This document shows positions 27,948-38,387 of a DNA stretch of 64,000 nucleotides, piece after piece. Origin of the DNA: Acidobacteriota bacterium (lineage in GTDB: Bacteria; Acidobacteriota; UBA6911; RPQK01; JAJDTT01). Position numbers and translations under genes: made by a program. The notes beneath the pieces are model-generated. The model was not told the DNA's origin. It did not search any database and saw only the letters and a program-made list of their open reading frames with translations. Location: the NCBI GenBank assembly GCA_965209055.1, contig OZ242374.1:4992001-5056000 (forward strand), written 5' to 3'. Each line of letters begins with the position of its first letter. Position 1 is the stretch's first letter.

Positions 27948-29276
27948 TCAAACGATCTCGTCCACCTTGAACTGGATCTTTTGGAACGCTTCCTCGGAGA
28001 TGGCGCCGGTGCGGCCCGATTCCATCTTTCGAGCCACATGGCGTTTCCCCTGTTGGGCAAACTGGAAGTTCCGGACGGATCCGTCTTTCAATTCGATCCG
28101 CACCCGGACCTGAGGCGCGGGAAGGTCCGTCCCCGCCTCGACGGAACCGGCGTCGATGGACTCGAACTTGATGTCGTCCATGGGATACCAGAACTTGTAG
28201 GCCAGCGCCTCCTTGCCTTTTTGCTCCTCCGGCTTTTCCAGGATCCACTTGTAATCCTCGCGGCGGGCATGGATCTCCTGATCACCGATATTTACCGAAA
28301 CGGAAGCGATCTCATCCTGGTCCACGTCGACGACATCCTTGTCACGAAACTCCCACAGCTCCTGGACCAGCTTGTCCCGGACCTCCCTGCCGATGCTGAA
28401 GACGGGAGACCGGGAGGGATTGCGGGCCAGATACTGGTCCTCGGCCTCCTCGAACTCGTTGCCCAGCTCCAGGGTCTCCCACTGATCCTGCCCCTCATGC
28501 TGGAAACGGACCCTCAATTGCGGTTTCTCCAGCCCGTACCGGCCCAATTCATCGCTCCCCTCGGCGACGAACTGCTTCGCCTCGGCGAATTCCAGCGAGG
28601 ACAGGAGACCCGTCACGGCGCTCTGGTCGGCCGCCTCCTGGAGAGGCGATTCCAGCATCCACTTGCCGTTCTCCTTCTTGAGCCGCAGCTTCTCCGAAGC
28701 GCGATCGATCTCGACGACCGCGACCTTGTCCCGCTCCATGGAGATCACTTTCTTGTCGCGCCAATCCATCAACTTCTTGTCCGCCGTGGTGAAGAGACGA
28801 TCCGAAACCACGTGAACCTGCGACTCGCCCTGCACCTGGACATAGACTTTGCTTCCCGTGAAGTCGTCGCTGCCCACGCTCAGCACTCTGCTCTCGTCAT
28901 CCGCCCCGACCGTGAGTTTGAGACGGGGTTCGGCCAGTCCGTACTCCTCGGGTCCCGCGCCCACCTCCTCGAACGTCCGGTCGATGCGTGCCGTCCCCAG
29001 GTCGCGAACCAGAGAGTCGACGCTGGTCTTGTCGGCGGGCCCCTCCAGCGGCGCCTTGAGGGCCCAGCCCTCGCCGATCCTCTCCAGGAGAATCGAATCC
29101 TGACCGGGACGGTCCATCCTGACCGAACTGATCTGGTCCTGTTCCAGACGGAGCAGGCTCTCCTCCCGCTCCTTGGCCGCTTGCCGCGTCTTCTCGCCTT
29201 CGATCTCGTAGAAATAGACCCAGAGGACCAGGGCCAGGAATGCAACAAAGAGGACGCCGATCTTTTTCATGGTCAT
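27948..29276 (-). CDS. DUF4340 domain protein (tandem domains)
   Basis: N-terminal TM segment; repeated YGL.P and W/FRDK units; follows the Gld-like ABC genes. Confidence 0.78.
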   Translation of the reverse strand: MTMKKIGVLFVAFLALVLWVYFYEIEGEKTRQAAKEREESLLRLEQDQISSVRMDRPGQDSILLERIGEGWALKAPLEGPADKTSVDSLVRDLGTARIDRTFEEVGAGPEEYGLAEPRLKLTVGADDESRVLSVGSDDFTGSKVYVQVQGESQVHVVSDRLFTTADKKLMDWRDKKVISMERDKVAVVEIDRASEKLRLKKENGKWMLESPLQEAADQSAVTGLLSSLEFAEAKQFVAEGSDELGRYGLEKPQLRVRFQHEGQDQWETLELGNEFEEAEDQYLARNPSRSPVFSIGREVRDKLVQELWEFRDKDVVDVDQDEIASVSVNIGDQEIHARREDYKWILEKPEEQKGKEALAYKFWYPMDDIKFESIDAGSVEAGTDLPAPQVRVRIELKDGSVRNFQFAQQGKRHVARKMESGRTGAISEEAFQKIQFKVDEIV

Positions 29277-29361
29277 CGTCCGGAAACCGCTCGGGAGCCG
29301 GCCCCGTCCCCGGAGCCGCTCCCGGGAGCACACCGGGGCTCGGCTCAGGTGCCGCCGAGCC

Positions 29362-31035
29362 TTACTTCCGCCTGAGCCACACCGCCATGCCGAACACCAG
29401 GGTCACCAACGGCATGAGGATGACGGTGGCCCAGAACATCAGAGTCGATTCTCTCCGGGTCAGATTGACTCTGCGGTTCTCCGGATCCCTGGACTGGACC
29501 GCCACCAGGTCCGTGTCCTCCGCCAGCCAACTGACGGTCATCCGAAGGAAATCCCCGTTGGCGGACGTGGTGGAGTAGGCATTGGTGGCGAAATCGGAAT
29601 CGCCCACCAGGACGATGCGCGACTCGCGTGATTCGGCATCACTCTCGCCGCCATCCTCCGCATGGGCGTGAGGATCCGGTTCAGGAGACGCCTCTCCGGC
29701 GCTGTCCTGGTCTACGCCCTCTGCGTGGTGGGACGACTCCTCTCCTTCCGGTTCGCCACCGGTCTGAACCGTCTTCACCGCCACGGCCGCCAGAGCCAGG
29801 GGCCCCTGGATGTCCTTGCCCTCATCGAATGCCGCCTCGTTGCCCTCCAGGTCCGTTTCTCCCCAACTTCTGGCAGACGTGGAGAAGAGCTTCGACGAGC
29901 TGTACCCCAGCGGGCTGTCGGTCGTCTTCACGCTCTGAGCCATGGGGAAAAAGGTCATGACACCGCGCAATTCATCCGTGATCGCGTGCGTTTCGTAACT
30001 GGAGACGATAGGCGCGGCCACTCCCAGGCCGAAGAGCTGACCGACTCCACTGGCGTCGATCACCACGTTCCCGTCCACGCCCAATCCGTACTCCCCCAAA
30101 AGGCCGTCCATGGAGAACCTGGTCCGGGGGTCCAGCATCAGAAGCAGTTTCCCTCCGCCCTCCAGGTATTCCCTCAAGAGCCCGACCTCATTGGGGAGAA
30201 AGCTCACCGTGGGACCGGCGGAGATGAGGACGGCGGGATCTTCGGGCAGATCATTCTCCTGCGCCAGATTGTAGCTATGGACCACGTAGTTCTGCCTCTC
30301 GATCGCCTCCTTGACCTGGGACAACCCTTCAGGGCCCGATTCCTCCAGGCTCCGCTCTCCGTGACCCGTCAGGAAGTAGACGATCTTCTGTCCCTCGCGT
30401 GTCACCTTGATGATGGCGTTGGTGATCTTGGCTTCGTCAAAGTCATCCACGATCTCGGTCCTGGCTCCGGCGGCCACGGCGATCTGGCCAAAGCGTTCCA
30501 CGTCGAACTGGGCCACGCGGCCCGGCTCTTTCTGCGGGTCCACCACTTCGTAGTTGACCCGGGTGGAGACGTAGCGGTACTGCTGCATCAACTCCTCGAA
30601 GGCTCCGGACTGGATCTCGTCCTGGAAAAAACCCACCACCTGGATCTCTCCTTCCAGGGCTTCGACCACCTTCCGGCTCTGGCTGGAAAGGGAGAAGAGC
30701 TGATTCTCCGTCAAGTCGATTCTCCGGTTGTGTCTCAGATTGAGGAAACTCAACAGGCACACGATGGCGACCACCAGCACCGTGGAAGCGCCCGCGGCGG
30801 CGCCGTGGCGACCCCGGCGGGAGGTCAAGCCTGACCGAAGCTGACCCAGGTTCAGGACGCCCCAGAGAATCAGCAGGCCGGCGCCTCCGTAGATCGCCGC
30901 CTGGGCCTTCCAGTCCCAGAGATTGTTGACTGAATAGTAGAAGTAGCCGCCGATCAGGCCTCCAGCGCCGGCGTAGATCAGGGTCTCGGAGGTGCCGAAA
31001 ACCGAGACCAGGGGCTGAATCAGTTTCTTGAGCAC
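29362..31035 (-). CDS. GldG-family ABC auxiliary component
   Basis: RIDLTENQLFSLS, VYFLTGHGE, VLVGDSDF, C-terminal TM segment. Confidence 0.85.
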   Translation of the reverse strand: MLKKLIQPLVSVFGTSETLIYAGAGGLIGGYFYYSVNNLWDWKAQAAIYGGAGLLILWGVLNLGQLRSGLTSRRGRHGAAAGASTVLVVAIVCLLSFLNLRHNRRIDLTENQLFSLSSQSRKVVEALEGEIQVVGFFQDEIQSGAFEELMQQYRYVSTRVNYEVVDPQKEPGRVAQFDVERFGQIAVAAGARTEIVDDFDEAKITNAIIKVTREGQKIVYFLTGHGERSLEESGPEGLSQVKEAIERQNYVVHSYNLAQENDLPEDPAVLISAGPTVSFLPNEVGLLREYLEGGGKLLLMLDPRTRFSMDGLLGEYGLGVDGNVVIDASGVGQLFGLGVAAPIVSSYETHAITDELRGVMTFFPMAQSVKTTDSPLGYSSSKLFSTSARSWGETDLEGNEAAFDEGKDIQGPLALAAVAVKTVQTGGEPEGEESSHHAEGVDQDSAGEASPEPDPHAHAEDGGESDAESRESRIVLVGDSDFATNAYSTTSANGDFLRMTVSWLAEDTDLVAVQSRDPENRRVNLTRRESTLMFWATVILMPLVTLVFGMAVWLRRK

Positions 31036-31036
31036 T

Positions 31037-31825
31037 TCAGGACCTCCATTTCGGGGAGTTCAGGGAAACCGAAGTCAGAAAGAGTCCCATGAAGATCAGC
31101 GACAGATAGAAGAACACGTGGCTGGTGTCCAGGACTCCCCTGGTGAAGTCTTCGTAGTGGTTCATGATGGAGAGGTAGCGCAAGACTTCGTTGCCCAGCG
31201 TCGATCCGGCGCCGGCCATCCAATCCACCACCCAAAGGATGAGGAAGAGACCGAAGGAGAGAATCCCTGCCACGATCTGGCTCTCGGTCAGTGAGGACGC
31301 GAAGATTCCCAGGCTCAGGAGCGAACCGCCCAGCAGGAAGGCTCCCAGAAATCCGTTGAGAACGGGACTCAAGGCCGGCAGCGGATCGCTGTAGAAATAA
31401 AGGAGGCACATGTTGAGGATGGTGGGAACCAGCATCACCAGGAGGAAGACCATGACCGCCGTGAACTTGCCCAGAATCAGTTGCAGGTGGGTCAGGGGCG
31501 AGGTGAAAAGCAGCTCCACGGTGCCCCGCTTCTTTTCTTCCGCGAAGACGCCCATGGTGATCAGGGGCATGAGGAAAAGAAATATGGTGCTGATGATGCT
31601 GAAGAAGCTGTTCATGATGACCGAGAACACATCCACCGGGGGCGGTGCGGACCCGAACTGCTGGGATTGGAGTCCCATCTGTTGGACCCTCTCGATGAAG
31701 GAGGTGGTGATTCCGAAGAAAAAGTAGCCCGAAACCGCGAAGAAGACGCCCAGAACGGCGTAGGCGATGGGACTGACGAAGAATCCGTACAGTTCCTTGC
31801 TGACGATGGCGAAATAGTTCCTCAC
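31037..31825 (-). CDS. ABC-2 permease (GldF-like)
   Basis: FFVSPIAY, AEEKKRGTVELLFTSP, multiple TM segments. Confidence 0.88.
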   Translation of the reverse strand: MRNYFAIVSKELYGFFVSPIAYAVLGVFFAVSGYFFFGITTSFIERVQQMGLQSQQFGSAPPPVDVFSVIMNSFFSIISTIFLFLMPLITMGVFAEEKKRGTVELLFTSPLTHLQLILGKFTAVMVFLLVMLVPTILNMCLLYFYSDPLPALSPVLNGFLGAFLLGGSLLSLGIFASSLTESQIVAGILSFGLFLILWVVDWMAGAGSTLGNEVLRYLSIMNHYEDFTRGVLDTSHVFFYLSLIFMGLFLTSVSLNSPKWRS

Positions 31826-32817
31826 GATGGCGCCTCCCCCTCCCGATCCGGATCGTCCCCTTCCCGGAGGGCGCTCTCCGCCGTTTCCTCCTCGGTGGTC
31901 AACTCCACGAAGACATCCTCAAGGCTGACGGAACGGACCTTCAACTCATAGAGATCGAGTCCATTCCGGATCACCTGGCGGGCCACCGCGTGGCGGATCT
32001 CGGTCTGGCCGTCCGCCTCCACCAGCACGGACGAAAGGCCGTTCTGCGGTTCTTCGACCGCCACTCGCCGCACGTGGGGGAGGGCGTTCAGCAATTCCTC
32101 AACGCGGCCGGTGTCGCCGCCCACCGTCAGGTCGATCTGTTCCCCGCCCTGCATCTGGCTGGTCAGGTTCTGGGGGGAATCGACGGCCACGATGCGTCCG
32201 CGGCTGATGATGATGACCCGGTCGCAGGTCATGCTCACTTCGGGCAGGATGTGAGTGGAGAGGATGATGGTGTGCTCACCCCGGAGACTGCCGATGAGCT
32301 CCCGGAATTCGATGATCTGCTTGGGGTCCAGACCGATGGTCGGTTCGTCCAGAATCAGGACGTCCGGGTCGTGGATCAGGGCCTGGGCCAATCCGACCCG
32401 TTGCCGGAAACCCTTGGACAGGTGCTTGATCAAGCGTTCGCCCTGACCCGACAGTCCGCACCGGTCCTTGACGATCTCCATTCGGTCGCGCGTTTCCGAA
32501 CTGGTCACTCCCTTGATGGTGGCCACGAATCGAAGGTAGCTGTCCACCGTCATTTCGGTGTACAGGGGTGGGCTCTCGGGCAGGTATCCCACACGGCTCT
32601 TGGCCTCCAACGGATGCTCGAAGACGTCGTACCCGGCCACCACGGCCCGTCCCTGCGTGGCGGGGAAGAAGCCGGCCAGGATCCTCATGGTGGTCGTCTT
32701 TCCGGCTCCGTTGGGGCCCAGAAACCCGAGGATCTCTCCCTGGCGAACCTGGAAGCTCACGTCCTCGATGGCCGCCAGCAGGCCGTATCGTTTGGTCAGA
32801 TGTTCCACCTCGATCAT
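31822..32817 (-). CDS. ABC ATP-binding protein (GldA-like)
   Basis: GPNGAGKT, LSKGFRQR, ILDEPT. Confidence 0.9.
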   Translation of the reverse strand: MIEVEHLTKRYGLLAAIEDVSFQVRQGEILGFLGPNGAGKTTTMRILAGFFPATQGRAVVAGYDVFEHPLEAKSRVGYLPESPPLYTEMTVDSYLRFVATIKGVTSSETRDRMEIVKDRCGLSGQGERLIKHLSKGFRQRVGLAQALIHDPDVLILDEPTIGLDPKQIIEFRELIGSLRGEHTIILSTHILPEVSMTCDRVIIISRGRIVAVDSPQNLTSQMQGGEQIDLTVGGDTGRVEELLNALPHVRRVAVEEPQNGLSSVLVEADGQTEIRHAVARQVIRNGLDLYELKVRSVSLEDVFVELTTEEETAESALREGDDPDREGEAPS

Positions 32818-32897
32818 CTGCGTCCAATCTCCTGGAAAATCTCTCTGGAAATGAAGAATCTTCAGGAACCGCCGGTGGCGGCTCCCGGCTCGAGACG

Positions 32898-34148
32898 CTA
32901 GGTCGGACCCAGCCCGGCGCTCCTCGACACTTCTCGAGACTCGCCGTACCGGTCCGTCACATAATCTTCCAATATCCGAATGAACCGGTCGGAGATCCCA
33001 TCTCCCCGCAGGGTCGTGAATTGCCGTCCGTCCACGTAGACGGGCGCCTTCGGCTCTTCGCCACTCCCCGGAAGGGAAATGCCGATGTCCGCATGCTTGG
33101 ACTCCCCGGGGCCGTTGACGATGCAACCCATGACCGCCACCTTGAGTTTCTCGACGCCCGGATAGAGTTTCTTCCAGTCCACCATCCTAAGACGAAGGTG
33201 CCGTTCGATTTGTTCCGCCAATTCCTGGAAGAAGCTGCTGGTCGTTCGCCCGCAACCGGGACAGGCGCTGACCTGGGGGCTGAAGCTGCGGAGGTTGAGG
33301 GATTGGAGAATCTGTTGGGCCACACGAACCTCTTCGGCTCTGCTGGCTCCGGGCAATGGGGTCAGACTCACCCGGATGGTCTCCCCGATTCCATCGTGCA
33401 ACAGGACACCCAGAGCTGCCGAACTGGCCACGATCCCGCGACTTCCCATGCCCGCTTCAGTCAGCCCCAGATGCAGTGGATAGTCACAGGAGCGTCCCAG
33501 AACCCGGTAGATCCGAATCAGCTCGGGTGCCGAGGACACCTTGGCGCTCAGAATGATGCGATTTTTGGGAAGGCCGTACTCCCGGGCCAGTTCCGCGGAC
33601 TCAAGGGCACTGGCCACGATGGCCTCCTCGAGCACCTCGCCGGCGCCCCGGGGCACGGCCCGGGCCGCGTTGACCTCCATCAGCCGCGACAGCAGGTCCT
33701 GGTCCAACGAGCCCCAGTTGACTCCGATGCGAACCGGCTTGTCATATTCCAGCGCCAACTGAATCAGCCGCCGGAAGTTCTGGTCGCGATAGCGGCCCTT
33801 TCCCACGTTGCCGGGATTGATCCGGAACTTGCTCAGGGAACGGGCGCAGTCGGGATGGCGGCTGAGAAGCAGGTGGCCGTTGTAGTGGAAGTCTCCCACG
33901 ATGGGCGCATCGTTCCCCTCTCCTCTCAACCGGCGTACGATTTCGCCGACGGACCGGGCTGCTGCGTTGCTGTTGACCGTGATCCGGACAATCTCGGATC
34001 CGGCGCCGGCCAGTTCCCGGATTTGACGGACCGTGGCCCCCACGTCGGCGGTATCCGTATTGGTCATGGACTGGACCACGATGGGCGCATCGCCGCCGAC
34101 GGCGACGTCCCCCACCATGACCTGAACCGTCTTTCTGACCCCGGACAT
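32898..34148 (-). CDS. ispG: (E)-4-hydroxy-3-methylbut-2-enyl-diphosphate synthase
   Basis: [41 protein letters not shown]. Confidence 0.96.
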   Translation of the reverse strand: MSGVRKTVQVMVGDVAVGGDAPIVVQSMTNTDTADVGATVRQIRELAGAGSEIVRITVNSNAAARSVGEIVRRLRGEGNDAPIVGDFHYNGHLLLSRHPDCARSLSKFRINPGNVGKGRYRDQNFRRLIQLALEYDKPVRIGVNWGSLDQDLLSRLMEVNAARAVPRGAGEVLEEAIVASALESAELAREYGLPKNRIILSAKVSSAPELIRIYRVLGRSCDYPLHLGLTEAGMGSRGIVASSAALGVLLHDGIGETIRVSLTPLPGASRAEEVRVAQQILQSLNLRSFSPQVSACPGCGRTTSSFFQELAEQIERHLRLRMVDWKKLYPGVEKLKVAVMGCIVNGPGESKHADIGISLPGSGEEPKAPVYVDGRQFTTLRGDGISDRFIRILEDYVTDRYGESREVSRSAGLGPT

Positions 34149-34373
34149 GGGCAAAATTCTACCTTACGGTCCACTTTCGCAACAACCCGGGAGGCCCTCG
34201 GAAGCACCCGGCCGACGCCCTCCGGAGAGCCGGACAAGTTGTGATGGACGGTCCGATTTCGTATCATGAAACTGCCCGTTTCGAGGCGCGGATCCGGGCT
34301 TGGGTGCGGCCATGAAGGTGCCGGGAGCGAGTTTCCGACTCGTCCATTTTTCCCTTGAAGGAGTGATTCGACG

Positions 34374-35720
34374 ATGACCGATATCATGGAACGCCTCCTG
34401 GAAGCGTCGAGCCCGAAGGAGTTTTCGGGCTGCATGAAGGAGGCTCAGACCCATTACCCGGCTCCCGCCGATTTCGTGGAAGCGGTGGCGGGCTACCTTC
34501 CCACCCGCTTGTATGAGAGCTACTACGGCGATTCGGTTCCCCGCGGCTTCTTCGGAATCATGGCGGCCACCGAGGCCCAGACCGTTCTGCCCGAGGAAAC
34601 CGGGTGGCGCCCCTATGTTCAGCAGACCTGGAGCGCCGCCAGGGAGCGAAAGCGGACTCCATGGAACCTGGACAAGATCAGCGCCCAAAACCAGGAGAGC
34701 CTGCAAAAGCGCTGGCACCACTTCACCCAAGCCGCCGAGTCGGCCGACGTGCCCGCTTCGCTGGCATGGGCCAAGGGATTTCTGGCCAACCCCTCGGACC
34801 GGGACTATTTCCGGGCCCAGGGACTGTCCTACGCCCTGGCCGATACGGCTCATGGAGGGTTCAAATTTCTCTACCTGCACCAAGCCTGGAAGCTGGCTCA
34901 ATCGCTCCAGTGGAAGAACCTGGAAGCGATCCTCTTCCCTGCCCTTCATTTCCTGGTGGGCGGACCCCGTGAGCAACAGCTTTCGGCCCAGGTCCGGGAG
35001 TACTGGCAGGCCAATCCCCTGACTGCGGCCCTGAAGAACAACGGGACCGTTTCCGAGGAACTTCGCTCCCGTTTCGAACAGAGCTGCCTCTTCGGAGAAT
35101 CGACCGGCGAGGCGCTCGACGCCGTGGCGCTTCTGAGTCGATCCGGCGCAGGTGTGGATGCCATCCGGGACCTGCTGCTGATGACCGCGGCTCAGGCCGT
35201 GGCCAACTCGCGGACCGGTCATTGGCCGGATCCGGCCCGCGCCTTGAACTTCGTATACCTGTTGCGAGACTGGTCCAATCTGGTGGAGCCCCACCGCCGG
35301 ACCTTTGCCTTGTTGTTGGGAGCCGCCCTGATCCACCAGGCGTCGGCGAAGAGTTCCGAGGGCGGACAGAATCGCGATCTGGACCAGCTTCCCGGTCATC
35401 TCCTTCCCGAAGACGCTACGCAGGTCCTGCGCAGCGTGGTCAGCCATTCGGACCCGTACGCGTCCGCCACGGCGGCCCAGGTCATTCTGGACCGGAATTC
35501 CGGGAACGGCGCCGGCCTGGCGGCGACTCTGATGGACTTGGCGGTCAAGAACGACGGGCACGTCTGCGGCGGCGATGACATCCTTCTGGTCAAGGCGGCT
35601 TCAGATTGCTACCAGGCCTCTTCGGCGACGGACAAAAGCCGGTATCTGGTCGCCACGGCTTTCTTCTTGGGGCGGATTCCCAAGAGCTACGAGCTTTTCG
35701 GTGCCTACGGCTTCAAATAG
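34374..35720 (+). CDS. Hypothetical all-alpha protein (448 aa)
   Basis: Long ORF with upstream GAAGGAG SD, filling the gap between ispG and the flavoprotein gene. Confidence 0.75.
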   Translation: MTDIMERLLEASSPKEFSGCMKEAQTHYPAPADFVEAVAGYLPTRLYESYYGDSVPRGFFGIMAATEAQTVLPEETGWRPYVQQTWSAARERKRTPWNLDKISAQNQESLQKRWHHFTQAAESADVPASLAWAKGFLANPSDRDYFRAQGLSYALADTAHGGFKFLYLHQAWKLAQSLQWKNLEAILFPALHFLVGGPREQQLSAQVREYWQANPLTAALKNNGTVSEELRSRFEQSCLFGESTGEALDAVALLSRSGAGVDAIRDLLLMTAAQAVANSRTGHWPDPARALNFVYLLRDWSNLVEPHRRTFALLLGAALIHQASAKSSEGGQNRDLDQLPGHLLPEDATQVLRSVVSHSDPYASATAAQVILDRNSGNGAGLAATLMDLAVKNDGHVCGGDDILLVKAASDCYQASSATDKSRYLVATAFFLGRIPKSYELFGAYGFK

Positions 35721-35736
35721 ACCCGCAGAGAACCGA

Positions 35737-37017
35737 GTTGAGGAGAGACGGTCGCCCACGGCCAGCGATCTCGCCATCATCGGCGCCGGTCCCATCGGCT
35801 TGGAGGCGGCGAGCCGGGCAGTCCTGGCCGGTCTGAACGTCGTCGTCTTCGAAAAAGGGCAGGTGGGGCACCACCTCTCCCAATGGGGTCACGTCCGGCT
35901 GTTCAGTCCCTTCCGGATGAACCACTCGGATTGGGGCCTGGAACTGATCAAGGCCGCCTTTCCGAAGCGTCCCCTGCCTCATCCCGACAGCTACCCAACC
36001 GGCTCGGAAATGGTCGAGACCTACCTCAAGCCGTTGTCCCGGATTCCTCAACTCTCGGGCCGCATCCTGGAGGGGATCGTGGTCCGGTCGGTGGGCCGGC
36101 AGGGGCTGGGCAAGCACGACCTCCTGGGCAAGCCGGAGCGTTCGCATCACCCCTTCAGATTGCTGGTTGAACAAGCAGGACGGAGCTGGATCCACAGGTC
36201 CCGGTCCGTCGTCGACGCCTCCGGCGTCTATTCCCGTCCCCAATTCATGGGCAACGGCAACATCGCCGCACCCGGCGAGTCCGAGGCGCAACAGGCTGCA
36301 CCCGAACATTTTCACCGGCACCTGGTGGACTTGAATGGAAACCGGCGTTCCATGTTCGCCGGGCGGCGGGTGCTTCTGGTGGGAGGCGGTTATTCGGCGG
36401 CAACGACCTTGGAAGCCCTCCGCGAGCTGACCGAGACGGCGCCCCGCACCCGCGTCTACTGGGTCAACTGCTCGGTCGACACCGTTCCTTACGAGCGTTA
36501 CCCCGACGATCCCTTTCCCTACCGGGACCGGATCGCCGCTCTGGCCAATTCATTGGCCCGACGCCCGCCCTCCTGGTTGTCGTACCTGGGAGGCTCCATG
36601 GTGGACGAGATCCTGTCCTGGTCCCCGCAGGGTCCCTTCCGGGTCGTGGTTGACGGAACTCGGAACGGAGGCCGCAGGCGGCGGGAGATCGAGGTGGACG
36701 AGATTATCGCACACGTGGGATTCGAGCCGGACAACTCCATCTACCGGCAGCTTCAAGTCCACGAGTGCTACGCCACGTCGGGGCCCATAAAACTTGCGGC
36801 CAGCCTGCTGGGAGGATCCGGCGATTGCGGCGATCAGGCCTCCCCCGATCTCGACCTCCTGAAGAATCCGGAGCCCGACTTCTTCATCGTGGGCAACAAG
36901 AGCTACGGGACCAATTCCACGTTTCTGATCCGGCAAGGCGTGGTCCAGGTGAGGCTGATCATCGACCACTTGGCGAACCGGCTCAAAGCCCGGCATCGCC
37001 CGGCGCCGGTTGCCTGA
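35737..37017 (+). CDS. FAD/NAD(P)-dependent oxidoreductase (flavoprotein monooxygenase-like); start unresolved
   Basis: AIIGAGPIG, WGHVRLFSP, VLLVGGGYSA, HECYA, PEPDFFIVGNKSYG. Confidence 0.85.
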   Translation, partial: VEERRSPTASDLAIIGAGPIGLEAASRAVLAGLNVVVFEKGQVGHHLSQWGHVRLFSPFRMNHSDWGLELIKAAFPKRPLPHPDSYPTGSEMVETYLKPLSRIPQLSGRILEGIVVRSVGRQGLGKHDLLGKPERSHHPFRLLVEQAGRSWIHRSRSVVDASGVYSRPQFMGNGNIAAPGESEAQQAAPEHFHRHLVDLNGNRRSMFAGRRVLLVGGGYSAATTLEALRELTETAPRTRVYWVNCSVDTVPYERYPDDPFPYRDRIAALANSLARRPPSWLSYLGGSMVDEILSWSPQGPFRVVVDGTRNGGRRRREIEVDEIIAHVGFEPDNSIYRQLQVHECYATSGPIKLAASLLGGSGDCGDQASPDLDLLKNPEPDFFIVGNKSYGTNSTFLIRQGVVQVRLIIDHLANRLKARHRPAPVA

Positions 37018-37080
37018 CCGGTGCGCGGCTGAAATCGACCTTGGATTCCGGCGGCACCACCCCCCGGGGAGACCGTCACG

Positions 37081-37106
37081 AGGGACACCAAAAGGGTCGC
37101 CCCTAC
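37081..37106 (-). repeat. GTAG-type REP-like palindrome overlapping the Nudix stop codon
   Basis: Minus strand reads GTAGGGGCGACCCTTTTGGTGTCCCT. Confidence 0.45.
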
Positions 37107-37669
37107 CAGTCTCCCATCGCATCCAGAAAATCCTTGATCATGCGGGCCGTCAGGCCCCAGACGGAATCGCCCTGGTAATCGAAGAAGTAGACGGGAATCG
37201 GACGGCCGCCGCGATGCCGCGTCTCCACCAAGGGACGGGTGTCGCGGAAAAATGCGTAGGGCACCTGAAGGACCCGTTCCACTTCCGAAGGACTCGGAGT
37301 CAGGGAGAGCCCCGGTTTCAGATAGCCCACGTAACAGGCGACATGGATGTCGGTCACGGCGTGATAGTCGTGAAATCGGCCGAGGAGCTCCACGTACTCC
37401 GGCTCGATCCCCACCTCCTCGCCGGTCTCCCTCAGAGCCGTCTGCCAGAGGGAGCGGTCACCGCACTCCTCCACACCTCCCGGAAAACAGATCTGCCCCT
37501 TGTGGGTCGCGACTTCCTGGGTCCGCTTGGTCAGCAGGAAACAGGGTTCGCCCCCGCGATCCAGAAGGCCCATGAGGACGGCTGCCTGAGCTTTGGAGGC
37601 GACTGGATTCCTGTGCGGGGGAATCCGCAACAAACGCTGCCGGATCCGCTTCTTCCACGCCACTTCCAA
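37103..37669 (-). CDS. Nudix CoA pyrophosphatase (NudL/PCD1-like)
   Basis: HKGQICFPGG, TALRETGEEVG, VWGLTA. Confidence 0.88.
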   Translation of the reverse strand: MEVAWKKRIRQRLLRIPPHRNPVASKAQAAVLMGLLDRGGEPCFLLTKRTQEVATHKGQICFPGGVEECGDRSLWQTALRETGEEVGIEPEYVELLGRFHDYHAVTDIHVACYVGYLKPGLSLTPSPSEVERVLQVPYAFFRDTRPLVETRHRGGRPIPVYFFDYQGDSVWGLTARMIKDFLDAMGDW

Positions 37670-37690
37670 GGGAACGACTCCTGGTCCGGG

Positions 37691-38131
37691 TCAATCGGTG
37701 GGCCCGCCGGAGATGTATTGCTCCAACTGCCTGATGGTGAACTCCTGCTCGGAGATGATGGACTTGACGACGTCGCCGATGGAGATCATCCCCACCAGTT
37801 CTCCCCCCTCCATCACCGGAAGATGCCGGATCCGCTTTTGGGTCATGAGCCCCATGCAATCCTCCATGCCCTGCTCGGGCCGGACATAGACCACCTTCCG
37901 GCTCATGATTTCCCGGACCCGCGTACTGTGGGAGGCCTTTCCCTTGAGGATCACCTTCCTGGCGTAGTCCCGCTCCGAGAAAATACCCACGAGACGCCCC
38001 GACTCCAGCACCAGAAGCGCTCCGATGTTCTTTGCGGCCATGAGCTTGAGAGCATCCAGAACGGACGTGCCGGGGTTAACGGACCAGACGTCGTACCCCT
38101 TGGCCTGGAGCAAATGGCGGACCGTCTTCAT
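37691..38131 (-). CDS. Tandem CBS domain protein
   Basis: IGALLV, GIFSERDY, RIRHLPV, ISIGDVVK. Confidence 0.9.
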   Translation of the reverse strand: MKTVRHLLQAKGYDVWSVNPGTSVLDALKLMAAKNIGALLVLESGRLVGIFSERDYARKVILKGKASHSTRVREIMSRKVVYVRPEQGMEDCMGLMTQKRIRHLPVMEGGELVGMISIGDVVKSIISEQEFTIRQLEQYISGGPTD

Positions 38132-38387
38132 GGTGCGGCGTCTTCCCGTGGTTCCACCGATCTCGTCCCGGTCAACAAGGCTGGCCCCGGATTCAAGGGG
38201 CGAAGTACTGGTTGTCCCGTTCCCAGTCGAAATACCCGCCCAGCGCCGGGGCAGGTGGCAAGAACCCAATCCGGCTACGAGAGAGTCGCCGGCAGGAGTC
38301 CAGGAGTCTGCGCTTTCGCAGGAGATTAACTTCCGCCGCGCAGGCTTGCAGGGTCGAATCTTTCCTTGAGAACGCTTTCAAGTAGCA

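Noticed and set aside
29362-32817. Gliding motility system
   Set aside because: Only GldA/F/G-like ABC components are present; these are widespread in non-gliding bacteria and no T9SS or motor genes are in the window.
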